Counted from the stretch's first letter, positions 39,412 to 49,969 are shown. The stretch is 64,000 bases of DNA from Candidatus Poriferihabitaceae bacterium (GCA_965221795.1 OZ244914.1:2112974-2176973), one strand, 5' to 3'. Program-made: numbers and translations. The notes: generated by a model not told the origin, from the sequence alone.

Positions 39412-40478
39412 TGGATTTGGCGACGGCCTGTCAGACCGGAACAGGGCTCGGTATGCGTACCTCGCCCATCACCCGGCAACGCTGGCAGAGCTTTCGGCGT
39501 CATCGGCGGGGTTACTGGTCGTTGTGGATCTTTCTGGTACTGTTCATATTAACCCTGGGGGCGGAACTGATCGCCAATGATCGGCCGATCCTGATTGGTT
39601 ACGAAGGCCAACTGTTCCTGCCCGTATTTCAGACGTATCCCGAAACGGTGTTCGGGGGCGAATTTGAACTGGAAGCAGATTATCGTGACCCTTTCATCCA
39701 GGACCTGATTGAAGAGAAGGGCTGGATCCTTTGGCCGCTGGTCCCTTTTTCCTACGATACCATTGATTATGAACTGGCGGTTCCGGCACCGGCTCCGCCG
39801 TCGTCTCGTCACTGGCTCGGGACTGATGACCAAGCCCGGGATGTACTCGCCAGGGCGATCTATGGTTTTCGGATCTCCATCCTGTTCGGATTGGTTTTGA
39901 CGGTACTGAGTTCCGTGGTCGGGATTGCCGCCGGAGCCGTACAGGGCTATTTTGGGGGGCTGCTGGACCTGATGATGCAGCGCTTTATCGAGGTCTGGGA
40001 AGGGTTGCCGGTACTTTATCTCCTGATTATCATGGCCGCGGTGATCACTCCCGGGTTTTTCAGCCTTCTCATTCTGATGTTGCTGTTTTCCTGGACCGGG
40101 CTGGTTTCTGTGGTGCGGGCTGAATTTTTGCGGGCTCGGAACTTTGAGTACATTCGTGCGGCCCGGGCACTCGGTGTCAGCGATCGGATCATCATGTTCC
40201 GCCATATCCTGCCTAATGCCATGGTCGCTACCCTGACCTTCATGCCCTTCATTCTGAGTGGCTCCGTCACCACCCTGACCAGCCTGGATTTTCTGGGTTT
40301 TGGGTTGCCAGTCGGCTCCCCATCCCTAGGAGAACTGTTGAACCAGGGCAAGAACAACCTGCAGGCCCCCTGGCTGGGGATCACCGGGTTTGTGGTCATC
40401 GGTTTCATGTTGTCATTGCTGGTGTTCATTGGGGAAGGCATCCGGGATGCCTTTGACCCGAGGAAGGTATTTAAATGA
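39411..40478 (+). CDS. yejE: ABC transporter permease YejE
   Basis: RRGYWSLW.F, AELIANDRP, HWLGTDDQARDV, LTSLDFLGFGLP.G.PSLGELL. Confidence 0.92.
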   Translation: MDLATACQTGTGLGMRTSPITRQRWQSFRRHRRGYWSLWIFLVLFILTLGAELIANDRPILIGYEGQLFLPVFQTYPETVFGGEFELEADYRDPFIQDLIEEKGWILWPLVPFSYDTIDYELAVPAPAPPSSRHWLGTDDQARDVLARAIYGFRISILFGLVLTVLSSVVGIAAGAVQGYFGGLLDLMMQRFIEVWEGLPVLYLLIIMAAVITPGFFSLLILMLLFSWTGLVSVVRAEFLRARNFEYIRAARALGVSDRIIMFRHILPNAMVATLTFMPFILSGSVTTLTSLDFLGFGLPVGSPSLGELLNQGKNNLQAPWLGITGFVVIGFMLSLLVFIGEGIRDAFDPRKVFK

Positions 40479-42103
40479 GACCGACTACCGATTCCAGCCC
40501 GATTCTCACGGTGGAAGAGTTATCGGTCAGCTTCCGCAGTCAGCAGCAGCAACAGGAAGTCATTACCGATGTGGTAAAGGAGGTCACCTTTGACCTACAT
40601 GCCGGGGAGACGCTTGCGTTGGTGGGCGAGTCGGGCTCTGGAAAGTCCCTGACGGCCTTGTCTATTTTGCAGTTGTTGCCCTATCCGATGGCGTTCCATC
40701 CAGGCGGTACGGTCCGTTACCGCGATACTCACCTAATCGGTGCCCCACATACAGTACTCCAGCGGATTCGGGGGAATGACATTTCGATGATTTTCCAAGA
40801 GCCAATGACTGCCCTTAATCCGCTCCATGTGATCCAGAAACAGATTGGGGAATCGCTTGCACTGCATCAGAACCTGATGGGGCCTCCTGCTCGCAGTAAG
40901 ATTCTGGAATTGTTGCATCAGGTCGAGATCCAAGACCCGGAATCGCGCCTCGAAGCCTACCCGCACCAACTGTCCGGTGGCCAGCGTCAGCGGGTTATGA
41001 TTGCCATGGCATTGGCCAACCAGCCGGAAATTCTGCTCGCCGACGAACCGACGACGGCACTGGATGTGACGGTCCAAGCCAAGATATTGGCCCTGCTGAA
41101 AGAAATCCAACGCCACCATCATCTCGGCATCCTCCTGATTACCCATGACCTCAACATGGTACGCAAGGTGGCCGACCGGGTATTGGTCATGCAAGACGGC
41201 CGTATGGTCGAAAGGGGACCGACCACACAGATTTTCACGGCTCCCCGGGAGCGCTACACCCGACATCTGTTGTCCGCCGAGCCGCCGGAGCGTGCCCCCC
41301 CGGATGCCGTCGACACTCCCGTCTTCGAAGCGGAGCAGGTCCGGGTCTGGTTTCCCATCCGACGGGGCATTCTGCGTCGCACTGTAGGGTATGTGAAAGC
41401 CGTCAATGAAGCCACCCTGTCCCTGAAACCCGGCCATACCCTAGGTATTGTCGGCGAGTCCGGATCTGGCAAGACGACCTTGGCACTGGCACTGATGCGC
41501 CTGATCCGGTCAGAGGGCTGTCTGCGCCTTATGGGTCGTGACATGCGGGCTGTGGAAGGCACTGAACTGAAAACCATGCGCCGCCAATTGCAAATGGTTT
41601 TTCAGGATCCGTATGGTTCCTTGTCTCCCCGCCTGACGGTAACGGAGATCATCAGCGAAGGGTTGGATGCACATGGATTGATTACAGACCCGGAACAACG
41701 GGACCAACGGGTAATCCAAATCCTGCAGGAAGTGGAAATCGACCCGACGGTACGATTCCGCTATCCCCATGAATTTTCCGGAGGCCAGCGGCAGCGGATT
41801 GCCATTGCCCGAGCTTTGGTCCTGGAGCCCAGGGTCCTTTTTCTGGACGAGCCTACCTCTGCACTTGACCGCACGGTGCAGGTGCAGGTGCTGGCCTTGC
41901 TGAACCGGATCCAGCGGGAACATAATCTCTCCTATGTGTTTATTTCCCATGACCTGTCAGTCGTGCGATCAATTGCCGATGACCTGATGGTCATGAAGGC
42001 CGGCGATGTGGTGGAGCAGGGCCGGGCGCAGAATGTATTCCATTCACCACAACACGAATACACCATCGCACTGCTTGATGCGGCGTTCCGGCTGGCAGCC
42101 TGA
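40475..42103 (+). CDS. yejF: ABC transporter ATP-binding protein YejF (double NBD)
   Basis: Two Walker A motifs (GESGSGKS/T) and signatures LSGGQRQR / FSGGQRQR. Confidence 0.92.
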   Translation: MRPTTDSSPILTVEELSVSFRSQQQQQEVITDVVKEVTFDLHAGETLALVGESGSGKSLTALSILQLLPYPMAFHPGGTVRYRDTHLIGAPHTVLQRIRGNDISMIFQEPMTALNPLHVIQKQIGESLALHQNLMGPPARSKILELLHQVEIQDPESRLEAYPHQLSGGQRQRVMIAMALANQPEILLADEPTTALDVTVQAKILALLKEIQRHHHLGILLITHDLNMVRKVADRVLVMQDGRMVERGPTTQIFTAPRERYTRHLLSAEPPERAPPDAVDTPVFEAEQVRVWFPIRRGILRRTVGYVKAVNEATLSLKPGHTLGIVGESGSGKTTLALALMRLIRSEGCLRLMGRDMRAVEGTELKTMRRQLQMVFQDPYGSLSPRLTVTEIISEGLDAHGLITDPEQRDQRVIQILQEVEIDPTVRFRYPHEFSGGQRQRIAIARALVLEPRVLFLDEPTSALDRTVQVQVLALLNRIQREHNLSYVFISHDLSVVRSIADDLMVMKAGDVVEQGRAQNVFHSPQHEYTIALLDAAFRLAA

Positions 42104-42199
42104 GGAATCCGTTTCGCGACGGTCAGGCGGTTCCTTCCGGATAGGACGAAGTGATGAAGATAGGTCTCGGGAATAGCAGATGGTGACCTTCCGAAGTAT

Positions 42200-42817
42200 T
42201 CACGGGTCCTTGATGAATTCGAACACTTTGACAATATGGGTTACGCCGCTGACCTGGCGGGTGGCCTTGACTGCGGCTTCGGCTTCGGCCTCTGTCACCA
42301 GCCCCATCAGATACACCTTGCCCCCTTCCGTCACCACCTTGATCACATTGGGGGGGACTTCCTTGGCCGCCAGCAGTTTGGCTTTGACCTTGGTGGTGAT
42401 CAGCACATCGTTGGCCCGACTGGTCAGGCTGGTGGTGCCGGAGAGCTGAAGCTCATTCACTACCGTCAGCGTCTTTTGGTTTTCCTCGGCCAACTTTTGC
42501 GCCCGTTGGCGCAGTAGATCCGAGGCCACTTCCCCGGTCAACAGCACGATCCCGTTGATGGCTTTGACGTCCACATTGCTGGCGTTAAGGTCGGGATCGG
42601 CCTTGATGACGGATTGGACTTGCCGCTCCAGCGTGTTGTCGTCAAATACGCGAGACAGGGTACGTCTTTCCGTGACTACATTGATGGCCGTAATAAATCC
42701 GGCGCCGACGAGAAGGGGGGCGCAGGCAGTCAGCAGTTCGGCACCCAACAACAGCAGGATGCCCAACAGTGCGGTTCTGGTTCGGCAGTAGGTTCCAGCC
42801 GGGCGATTCATTCCCAT
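42200..42817 (-). CDS. Dual BON-domain lipoprotein (DolP/YraP-like)
   Basis: Lipobox LTAC; ERRT....DD, NG.VLLTGE, D..ITTKVK..L, VYLMGLVT. Confidence 0.85.
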   Translation of the reverse strand: MGMNRPAGTYCRTRTALLGILLLLGAELLTACAPLLVGAGFITAINVVTERRTLSRVFDDNTLERQVQSVIKADPDLNASNVDVKAINGIVLLTGEVASDLLRQRAQKLAEENQKTLTVVNELQLSGTTSLTSRANDVLITTKVKAKLLAAKEVPPNVIKVVTEGGKVYLMGLVTEAEAEAAVKATRQVSGVTHIVKVFEFIKDP

Positions 42818-43025
42818 CGACTTCTAGAAGGTAGAGGCGGTCAAGGCAAACAGCACAGCATGATTATACATGGGGCAAATGCTTCCCGGTAGAAGATTTT
42901 TTCACCGCAATGTCGATCTGGATGCATGGACAGGGTTTAGGATCCTGCCGGTCAGTGTGGATGTGTGGACCGGCTGCAGGAATCAGGGATGCCCTTGGGA
43001 ACTTCATGGTAAGCTGCAGGCCGTT

Positions 43026-45125
43026 TCACTCAGGGGCCAGCAAAACCACCTCTCCCTGATCAAACGTGGCCCATACCAGGTGGCGAACCACATTGCCATT
43101 CGCCTCGACACTGGCTTGGAATGCTTGACCATAATATGGTTGCGAGGCCTCGCCTCGGAGGGTTTTCAGGCGGGGAATCAGGGAATAGGTTTCCAGACCA
43201 AGAGCATACAAGCGGTCGAGGGGTGTGAAACTGTAGGGAGACTTTTCGACCGGCTGCAACAGGGGGGAGCGTTTGGGTGGCGACAAGGTATCCGATGGCT
43301 CTCCGATGGCATGGGCGTTGGGCAATGCGGTAGTGCCGGACTGAGAGATGGGTGAGACTTCTTCCTCCGATGGCTCGGATGGCATACTATTTGGCCCATT
43401 CCCGGCAGCTAATTTGCGTGAAGGGAATGAATGAGTTCTGGCCTCGGTGGTATAACGGATATCCAGCATCCAAGGCATATCGCCAAAAATCAGGCCATCC
43501 AGATCCGCATCGACTGCCGGGTCCGGCTTGCCACTGAAAATATTCGAAGTGGAGTAAATCGGTAGATTGTGCGCCTGGTGGAACCGTAGCTGGGGGACCA
43601 GTAACCGGGCATCGCGGGCATTACCAACCAGGAAGATCATGTCGATATCGCCCCGGCGCCGAGGGGTGAACTCCAGATTGCGTCCAACTGTCGCCGTCAG
43701 CTGTTTGCGCCGGGCGATGCTTTGATCGACTTCCAGGAATTGTGAAATGAGGCGGGCATACTGATCAATGGCATCCGGATAGGCCCAGTTGGAGCCCAAC
43801 GTACCACCCAGGAAGAGCCAGTGTTCAGAAAAGGCGGCGATCACACGGGCGGCCCAGTGGGAGCCATCATGAATGATGCCTGCATGGCGGTGCCCGTCTC
43901 GGAATGCGCGCGAAGCAATCTGTACGGCTTCCCGCTCGGGAGAAAGACTGAGGCCGTACAATTGGTCCGAAGAGGTTTCATGCGACACATCCGCCAAGAC
44001 CAAGGTCGGAATGTCAGGGGTCGTGCTCTCAAGGAGTGTGGCAGTTGCCTCCCGGCCTAGTGGCCCCACTACAAAATCAGCTCCACTGGTCACGGCAGAC
44101 TGATAGTAGAATGAGGCCAGCGAAGGGTCTTCCCCGATGTCCAGCACATGGACAGCCGGCTTGGTCTCCTGCGCATCTTGATGGTACGCATCCAAGAATC
44201 CTTCCTGAAAAGCCAGTGCCGCATGAGCATATGAAGACTGTAGCGGCAACAGCAGGGTGATTTGGCGGAAGTAGTCCAGATTCTGTTCCGGGATTCCGCT
44301 GAGCCATTCTCCTCTGGCGGGATGGCGTGGATAACTGTTGTACCAGAGCCTTGCCGCCCTCATCCGTTCCGGTATGGGCAGTTCCCGCAAGGCCACCAGG
44401 GTAAGCCACCCACCCACCAGATTAGTCGGCAAGCCCAAGTTGCTGGCATGTTGCTGGAGCAAGGCTTGTTCCAGCGAACTGGTTTGTTCCAGCAGGTCAA
44501 TGATTCGCTGCTGACTAACAAGTTGATCTTCGCCCACAAGCAATTGGTCGCGCTGAAACAGATTGATCAGCGCATCTACCCGCAGTCCCAGTGCCAGCTG
44601 GGCATCGGACAGGCTTTTCAGCACCCGCGCCCACTCGCCGGGTGTCCAGAGGGGGGCATCCCGTAGCGGCTCCAGATACCGGATTGCTGTTTCATGCTGA
44701 CCGAAACCCACGGCAATGCGGGCCCGTTGCAGGCTGAAACGATTGGACTGGATCCGGTTCAGGGTCACATCCAGGAGATAGTTGGCCTGGGTTTCTGCAG
44801 GGGTGAATTCCTGCAGGTCCAGAAAACCGTCGATGGCATCGAGACGGAGATCAATTGCCGCATCCAACGTCGCACGGTCTGCCCGTTCGACCAGATCCCA
44901 TGGCCCTTCGTTTTCCAGTTTCTCAATGAGGATGTCGGATTGGGGATTCAGTTTATCCAATATCACTGGATCCAGCGGAGTGGGAGCAGGCTCCGCGGTC
45001 ACTTCGGGTGGAGGTTCCGGTTCCGGAGGAGTGGCACAGCCTGCCATCAGCAGGAAGATGGAGAGTAATGTCAGGTTCCATGACCTCCACCTGCGTGGTG
45101 CTGGTCTCCATAGTGCAAAGCTCAT
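43026..45125 (-). CDS. lpoA: Penicillin-binding protein activator LpoA
   Basis: Lipobox MAGC; LLLPLQ, VVGPL, DMIFL, P.L.FH, D.DL.G..F.DMPW, RLYALG; divergent from rsmI as usual. Confidence 0.85.
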   Translation of the reverse strand: MSFALWRPAPRRWRSWNLTLLSIFLLMAGCATPPEPEPPPEVTAEPAPTPLDPVILDKLNPQSDILIEKLENEGPWDLVERADRATLDAAIDLRLDAIDGFLDLQEFTPAETQANYLLDVTLNRIQSNRFSLQRARIAVGFGQHETAIRYLEPLRDAPLWTPGEWARVLKSLSDAQLALGLRVDALINLFQRDQLLVGEDQLVSQQRIIDLLEQTSSLEQALLQQHASNLGLPTNLVGGWLTLVALRELPIPERMRAARLWYNSYPRHPARGEWLSGIPEQNLDYFRQITLLLPLQSSYAHAALAFQEGFLDAYHQDAQETKPAVHVLDIGEDPSLASFYYQSAVTSGADFVVGPLGREATATLLESTTPDIPTLVLADVSHETSSDQLYGLSLSPEREAVQIASRAFRDGHRHAGIIHDGSHWAARVIAAFSEHWLFLGGTLGSNWAYPDAIDQYARLISQFLEVDQSIARRKQLTATVGRNLEFTPRRRGDIDMIFLVGNARDARLLVPQLRFHQAHNLPIYSTSNIFSGKPDPAVDADLDGLIFGDMPWMLDIRYTTEARTHSFPSRKLAAGNGPNSMPSEPSEEEVSPISQSGTTALPNAHAIGEPSDTLSPPKRSPLLQPVEKSPYSFTPLDRLYALGLETYSLIPRLKTLRGEASQPYYGQAFQASVEANGNVVRHLVWATFDQGEVVLLAPE

Positions 45126-45182
45126 CGCGGCGAAATTCGGGTGACAATGAGTGGTAAAGTGAGAGGATACAGTATACGGGAC

Positions 45183-46070
45183 ATGTCCATGAACCGCAAA
45201 ACGGGAGTTCTGCACATTGTGGCCACGCCGATCGGGCATCTCGGTGACCTGTCTCCCCGAGCCGCGGAGGTATTGCGGCGAGCCGATCTGGTGCTGGCAG
45301 AAGACACCCGCCAATCCGGTATCCTGATGCGGCACTATAATATACGGACATCACTCCGGTCTTTCCATCAGCACAATGAAAAAGAACAGATCGCGCCGGT
45401 CCTCCGCGAACTGGAAAAGGGAGCCTGCATTGCGCTCATTAGTGATGCCGGTACACCCCTGATCTCTGACCCAGGCTATCTTCTGGTGCGTGAGGTCCGC
45501 AAACAGGGGTTCCGGGTATCCCCCATACCGGGGCCTTGCGCCCTGATTGCTGCTTTGTCAGCTTCCGGTTTGCCGACCGACCGATTTGTGTTCGAAGGTT
45601 TCGTGCCAGCGAAAGACGGGGCCAGAAAGACATACCTGCAACGGGTCGCAACGGAGGAAAGTACCATCGTGATGTATGAATCCTGTCACCGGATGATGGC
45701 TACATTGGAGCAGATGTCCGAATTGCTGGGCCCGGCCAGGACCATCGTGATCGGTCGGGAAATCAGCAAGAAATTCGAAACTTTCTACCATGGCAGCTCT
45801 GGAGAGGTACTGGTGCAGTTGATGGCGGACCCGGCCCACCAACGGGGGGAGTTTGTGATTATGGTCTCCGGGGCACCGGGCAGGGAGCCGGACGAGGTTC
45901 CTCTCCAGCATCTGTTGATGCTTCTGCTTGGGGAATTGCCAGTTAAGTCTGCCAGTCGAATTGCCGCTAACTGGCTGGGAATTCCCCGAAACCGTGCCTA
46001 TACCAAGGCACTGGAGCTGGAACGGGAGCGGCGCAAGGGTTCGTCATCTTCGGTCCGGAAGGAGCAGTGA
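45183..46070 (+). CDS. rsmI: 16S rRNA C1402 2'-O-methyltransferase
   Basis: LHIVATPIGHLGD, AEDTR, ISDAGTPLISDPG, PIPGPCA, YESCHR, REISK.FE. Confidence 0.95.
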   Translation: MSMNRKTGVLHIVATPIGHLGDLSPRAAEVLRRADLVLAEDTRQSGILMRHYNIRTSLRSFHQHNEKEQIAPVLRELEKGACIALISDAGTPLISDPGYLLVREVRKQGFRVSPIPGPCALIAALSASGLPTDRFVFEGFVPAKDGARKTYLQRVATEESTIVMYESCHRMMATLEQMSELLGPARTIVIGREISKKFETFYHGSSGEVLVQLMADPAHQRGEFVIMVSGAPGREPDEVPLQHLLMLLLGELPVKSASRIAANWLGIPRNRAYTKALELERERRKGSSSSVRKEQ

Positions 46071-46160
46071 CTGGACGGGGGCCATTGTTTGGGAATTACA
46101 CAGGAAAGTTGACAGCCTTCCTTTTATCAATCCCATCTTTTCTGTTGGCGGTACAACCGG

Positions 46161-46189
46161 TTGACATGTCGCCCAAGCCGTCTTATATT
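46161..46189 (+). promoter_or_regulatory. Near-consensus sigma70 promoter inside the cassette
   Basis: TTGACA (46161-66), 17-bp spacer, TATATT (46184-89), 41 bp upstream of ATG 46231. Confidence 0.7.
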
Positions 46190-46230
46190 CCTCGATGCAA
46201 CATCTACTCCGCGGATCAACAATGTACAGC

Positions 46231-46840
46231 ATGACCATATTCCCCCCCCCCCCCCTCCGCTAGACTGACGGCCCTCGCGGCCGCAATGGCGTTCTTCCTG
46301 CTGCTCGCAGGACCGGCACAGGCGCAAACGCCGCCTGACTGCAACAATTCCATCTGCACCGCCCGGGTTGCAGGCGTCTACGGCAGCAGGGTCGTGAACG
46401 GCTGCGGCGATCATGCCACGCCGGGCCGCTTCAAGGTGATCCTATCGAGCACCAACCCCAACGTGGAACGGTCAAGCTTCAAGAGCGGTATCAGCCTGAA
46501 TCTGGAAAAAGACTCCTCGCACGGGAGTGCCGACATGTTCCGCGACTTTGAGTGGCGCGGCGGGGCTAGAAACAGTTGGAATGATGTGACGCCAGGAACT
46601 TTCGGACAAATCGCATTTTATGGCGGCGATCTTGGCGAGAACCTCGTGGAAGTGCGGCCCAAGGCCGGTGCCCACATCTGGAGCAACACGGGCGAGCTGG
46701 TGATTCCGGTCATCAAGGTGCAGCGCAGCACCGGCAACAGAGCCTACGCGCACACAGGCGAAACCTACTTCCTGTTCACCGGCGGCAAGGGCTGCGCACG
46801 GGTCGGCCCTGGCGGCGACTTGCTCGGCGGCAACCAGTAG
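46231..46840 (+). CDS. Secreted hypothetical protein, out of frame at the poly-C tract (open ORF 46286-46840)
   Basis: With C13 or C16 it reads MTIFPPPPSARLTALAAAMAFFLLLAGPAQA-Q, a complete Sec signal; mature part Gly-rich with 4 Cys, no family recognised. Confidence 0.65.
46242..46255 (+). repeat. C14 homopolymer in the 5' end of the passenger gene
   Basis: 14 consecutive C; the frame from ATG 46231 stops at TAG 46261. Confidence 0.85.
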
Positions 46841-47113
46841 CCGAACTTAAAACCCGCCGCGGCGCGGCGAAAAACGAGAGTACACGCTTGTCGTGCGTCT
46901 CGCCTGGACGAAACCCCCGTATCTGGCCAGTTTGACGGCTATCTGAATGGGACCGCCGCGTTTCGGCTGAACACGCAAGAGAATTTGTAGGTGCTGATCA
47001 TTGATCGTGATGCCTGTCAACTTTCCTATGTAATTCCCCATTGTTTCCGGAAGTATACTTCCAGGTGAAGCTGTGGTCCCAAAAAAACTGCGCTGCCGTT
47101 ATAATCCGCAGTC

Positions 47114-47459
47114 GGGAGTCAGCTAGGCAGCCGCTCCGGCTTGAGAGTCGGGGAGGAAAGTCCGGGCTCCATAGGGCGAGGTGCCAGGTAATGCCTGGGC
47201 GACGTGAGTCGACGGAAAGTGCCACAGAAAATATACCGCCGCAACGGTTCGGTTGCGGTAAGGGTGAAATGGTACGGTAAGAGCGTACCGCGCTGCCGGT
47301 AACGGCAGTGGCAGGGCAAACCCCACCTGGAGCAAGACCAAATAGGAACCATAAGGCGCGGCCCGTGCCGGGTTCGGGTAGGTTGCTTGAGGCATTCGGT
47401 GACGGGTGTTCCAGATGAATGGCTGTCCACGACAGAACCCGGCTTATCGGCTGACTCCC
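47114..47459 (+). ncRNA. rnpB: RNase P RNA (type A)
   Basis: GAGGAAAGTCCGGGC, GGTAAGAG, GGAGCAAGACCAAATAG, ACAGAACCCGGCTTA; P1 helix GGGAGTCAGC / GCTGACTCCC; TATAAT at 47100-05. Confidence 0.96.
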
Positions 47460-47503
47460 GCCCAATTCGCATGCCGTGCAAGTCGACGGGTCTCCGGTCG
47501 GCT

Positions 47504-49969
47504 TCAGAACAGGGACTTGGAGATGTCTTCGTTGTTGGGAGTTCCGCCTCCCGCCACGTTGGCATCTGGGGAGGAAGAAATCGGGTTTCTGGGCTCGGTT
47601 CCCGACAGGAAATATTCCTCATACCCGTCGGGGTCGCCTTCCCGGGCGAGTTCTCCCGTTTCCGGGTTAATGAATCGAGTGATGATCTGGGCCGGAACGG
47701 CCTCGGGTTGCTCTGGATAGTCTGGCAGGACTTCCGCCATGAAATCCACCCAGATGGGGAGTGCTGCACTGGCACCCGATTCTCTGCGCCCAAGGTGTTC
47801 GGGTTCGTCGAAGCCGACATATACGGTCGTGGCCACATCCGGTGAAAATCCGGAAAACCAGGCATCGCGGAAATTGTTCGTGGTTCCGGTTTTGCCAGCC
47901 AGGTCGGTTCGCCCGAGGGCCAGAGCCTTTCGCCCGGTACCGGTCTGTATAACTTCCGCCATGAGGTTTCGCATCAGAAAGGCAATTTCTGGCGGGATGA
48001 CCTGAATCGGTTCGAGTGGCCCCACAGGCGACACCTGTACCATTGCGGTGACTGCTGTCCTATCGGGATTGAAGGAGTCCGGCTCTACGGGACAGCCTTC
48101 ACAGGATGCCTCAGGTGCTGGAGTCAGGTCTACGAGATTGCCGTCCGCATCTTCTATCCGGGCAATGAAATATGGTCGAACCAGTCGTCCTCCATTGGCA
48201 AAAACGGCGTATCCTCTTAGGATGTCCAGTGGAGTGGCGGTTGTTGACCCCAGTGCGAGAGAGAGGTTTCGGGGTAACTTTGCTGGATCAAAGCCAAATC
48301 GGGTCAGGTAATCCACAGTCGCATCCACACCAATGGTGCGCATCAAGCGAACAGAGACCAGGTTCAGTGACAGGCTCAGTGCTTTGCGAAGCGGGGTAGG
48401 ACCAAAAAATTTGCGGCTGTAGTTTTTCGGTCGCCAGATACCCTGAAAGTCGTCTTCCACCACAATGGGTGCAGCACTCACCAGACTGGCGGGGGTGAAT
48501 CCATTTTCCAGTGCGGCTGAATAGATGAAGGGTTTGATATTGGAACCAGGTTGGCGCTCCGCCTGGGTGGTGCGGTTGAACTTACTCAAGTAGTAGTCGA
48601 AGCCACCGGTCAGACCCAGGATGGCACCGGTATTCGGTTCCAGGGAAACCAGGGCACCGGAGACCGCAGGCATCTGACTGAGCTGCCAGTTGCCGTCGTC
48701 CTGTGCAGTGACGTATACCACATCTCCGGGGCGCACGACATCGCTGGCCGAGGCAGGTTCCGGTCCCTGACGGTTGGCACTTTGGTAGGGACGAGCCCAC
48801 TGCATGGCCTTGAGGGGGACGGAAATTTCCATCCCTTCCCGTGTAAGTGCCCCAAAGCCCTTTGCAGTGACGGACAGTACGACAGCAGGCGACAGTTCAT
48901 GGCTGGCGGGGACGGCATAGAGTGCGTCATCAATCTCTGCCTGACTCATCCGGGATAAATCAAGACGGGTTACGGGACCACGAAAGCCATGACGTTGGTC
49001 ATAGGCCAGCAATCCCTTGCGCAGAGAACGGCTGGCCTGTGCCTGATATCGGCTGTCGATGGTCAGGGTGACATTGAGTCCACGGTCATAGGCGACATTG
49101 CCCAAGTGGTCGACAATTAGCTGACGTGCCATTTCGGCGACATACGGGGCTCGGACTTCTACTTGGGCCACATGGCGGTCGGCCGTGATGGGTGCCTTTT
49201 GCGCGATATCGAAGCTCAGCTTGTCAATCTTGCCCAGATAGAACAGGCGTTGCAGAACATGATCCCTTCTCTCTTCCGCCCGTACTGGATTGGAAATGGG
49301 GTTGTCTCTCGAAGGAGCCCTTGGCAATCCGGCTAGCATGGCGATCTCTGGGACGCTGAGGTTCTCCAGATCCACACCATAATAGATCTGGGCGGCCGCG
49401 GCAAAGCCGTAGGCACGGTGGCCGAGAAAGATCTTGTTCAGATATAGTTCGAGTATTTCGTCCTTGGTCAGGGCCCGTTCCATATTGAACGCGAGGAGGA
49501 TCTCTTTCAGTTTCCGCTCGTAGGTCTTTTCCCGGTCAAGAAAAAAGTTTCGGACCACCTGCATCGTGATTGTACTGGCACCCTGTCCCCGGGATTGGCT
49601 GCGGATATTGCTGATCAGGGCTCGGACAAGGCCCAGAAAGTCGACCCCGGTATGGTGATAGAAGTTGTCATCTTCCGTGGCCAGAATTGCATCAATGAGT
49701 AGAGGAGGTGCCTGGTCCAGGGAAACGGGTACCCTCCGTTCATTGCCATATTCTGCAACCAGCTTGCCGTCGGCACTGTAGATCCGGAGCGGAATGCTCA
49801 GTGGAACCTTTCTGATTTCCTCGACCGTCGGCAACTCCGGTAGCAGGGAGATGGCATACGCGGTCAGTCCGATTGCCATCGCACCGCAAAAGGCCATGCA
49901 GAGTGCCACCACTTTGAGTGGGATTGTGACCAGCCACTGTATAGGTTGTCGAGACCGCTTCCTTCGCAT
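47504..49969 (-). CDS. mrcA: Penicillin-binding protein 1A
   Basis: N-terminal TM; TG motifs ATEDD.FY.H.GVD, GASTITMQ, RK.KE, LELYLN; TP motifs SNIK, SLN, KTG. Confidence 0.95.
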   Translation of the reverse strand: MRRKRSRQPIQWLVTIPLKVVALCMAFCGAMAIGLTAYAISLLPELPTVEEIRKVPLSIPLRIYSADGKLVAEYGNERRVPVSLDQAPPLLIDAILATEDDNFYHHTGVDFLGLVRALISNIRSQSRGQGASTITMQVVRNFFLDREKTYERKLKEILLAFNMERALTKDEILELYLNKIFLGHRAYGFAAAAQIYYGVDLENLSVPEIAMLAGLPRAPSRDNPISNPVRAEERRDHVLQRLFYLGKIDKLSFDIAQKAPITADRHVAQVEVRAPYVAEMARQLIVDHLGNVAYDRGLNVTLTIDSRYQAQASRSLRKGLLAYDQRHGFRGPVTRLDLSRMSQAEIDDALYAVPASHELSPAVVLSVTAKGFGALTREGMEISVPLKAMQWARPYQSANRQGPEPASASDVVRPGDVVYVTAQDDGNWQLSQMPAVSGALVSLEPNTGAILGLTGGFDYYLSKFNRTTQAERQPGSNIKPFIYSAALENGFTPASLVSAAPIVVEDDFQGIWRPKNYSRKFFGPTPLRKALSLSLNLVSVRLMRTIGVDATVDYLTRFGFDPAKLPRNLSLALGSTTATPLDILRGYAVFANGGRLVRPYFIARIEDADGNLVDLTPAPEASCEGCPVEPDSFNPDRTAVTAMVQVSPVGPLEPIQVIPPEIAFLMRNLMAEVIQTGTGRKALALGRTDLAGKTGTTNNFRDAWFSGFSPDVATTVYVGFDEPEHLGRRESGASAALPIWVDFMAEVLPDYPEQPEAVPAQIITRFINPETGELAREGDPDGYEEYFLSGTEPRNPISSSPDANVAGGGTPNNEDISKSLF

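Larger units (their letters stand above)
46091..47038. mobile_element. Non-autonomous TIR-bounded cassette with passenger gene (IS1595-like by TSD length)
   Basis: 25-bp TIRs GGGAATTACA(C/T)AGGAAAGTTGACAG with 1 mismatch (46091-46115, 47014-47038); perfect 8-bp TSD CATTGTTT (46083-90, 47039-46); no transposase ORF. Confidence 0.9.

Noticed and set aside
43150-43450. About 70-aa Pro/Ser-rich insertion in the LpoA C-domain
   Set aside because: Disordered insertions in this region are known in LpoA proteins, so it is not distinctive.
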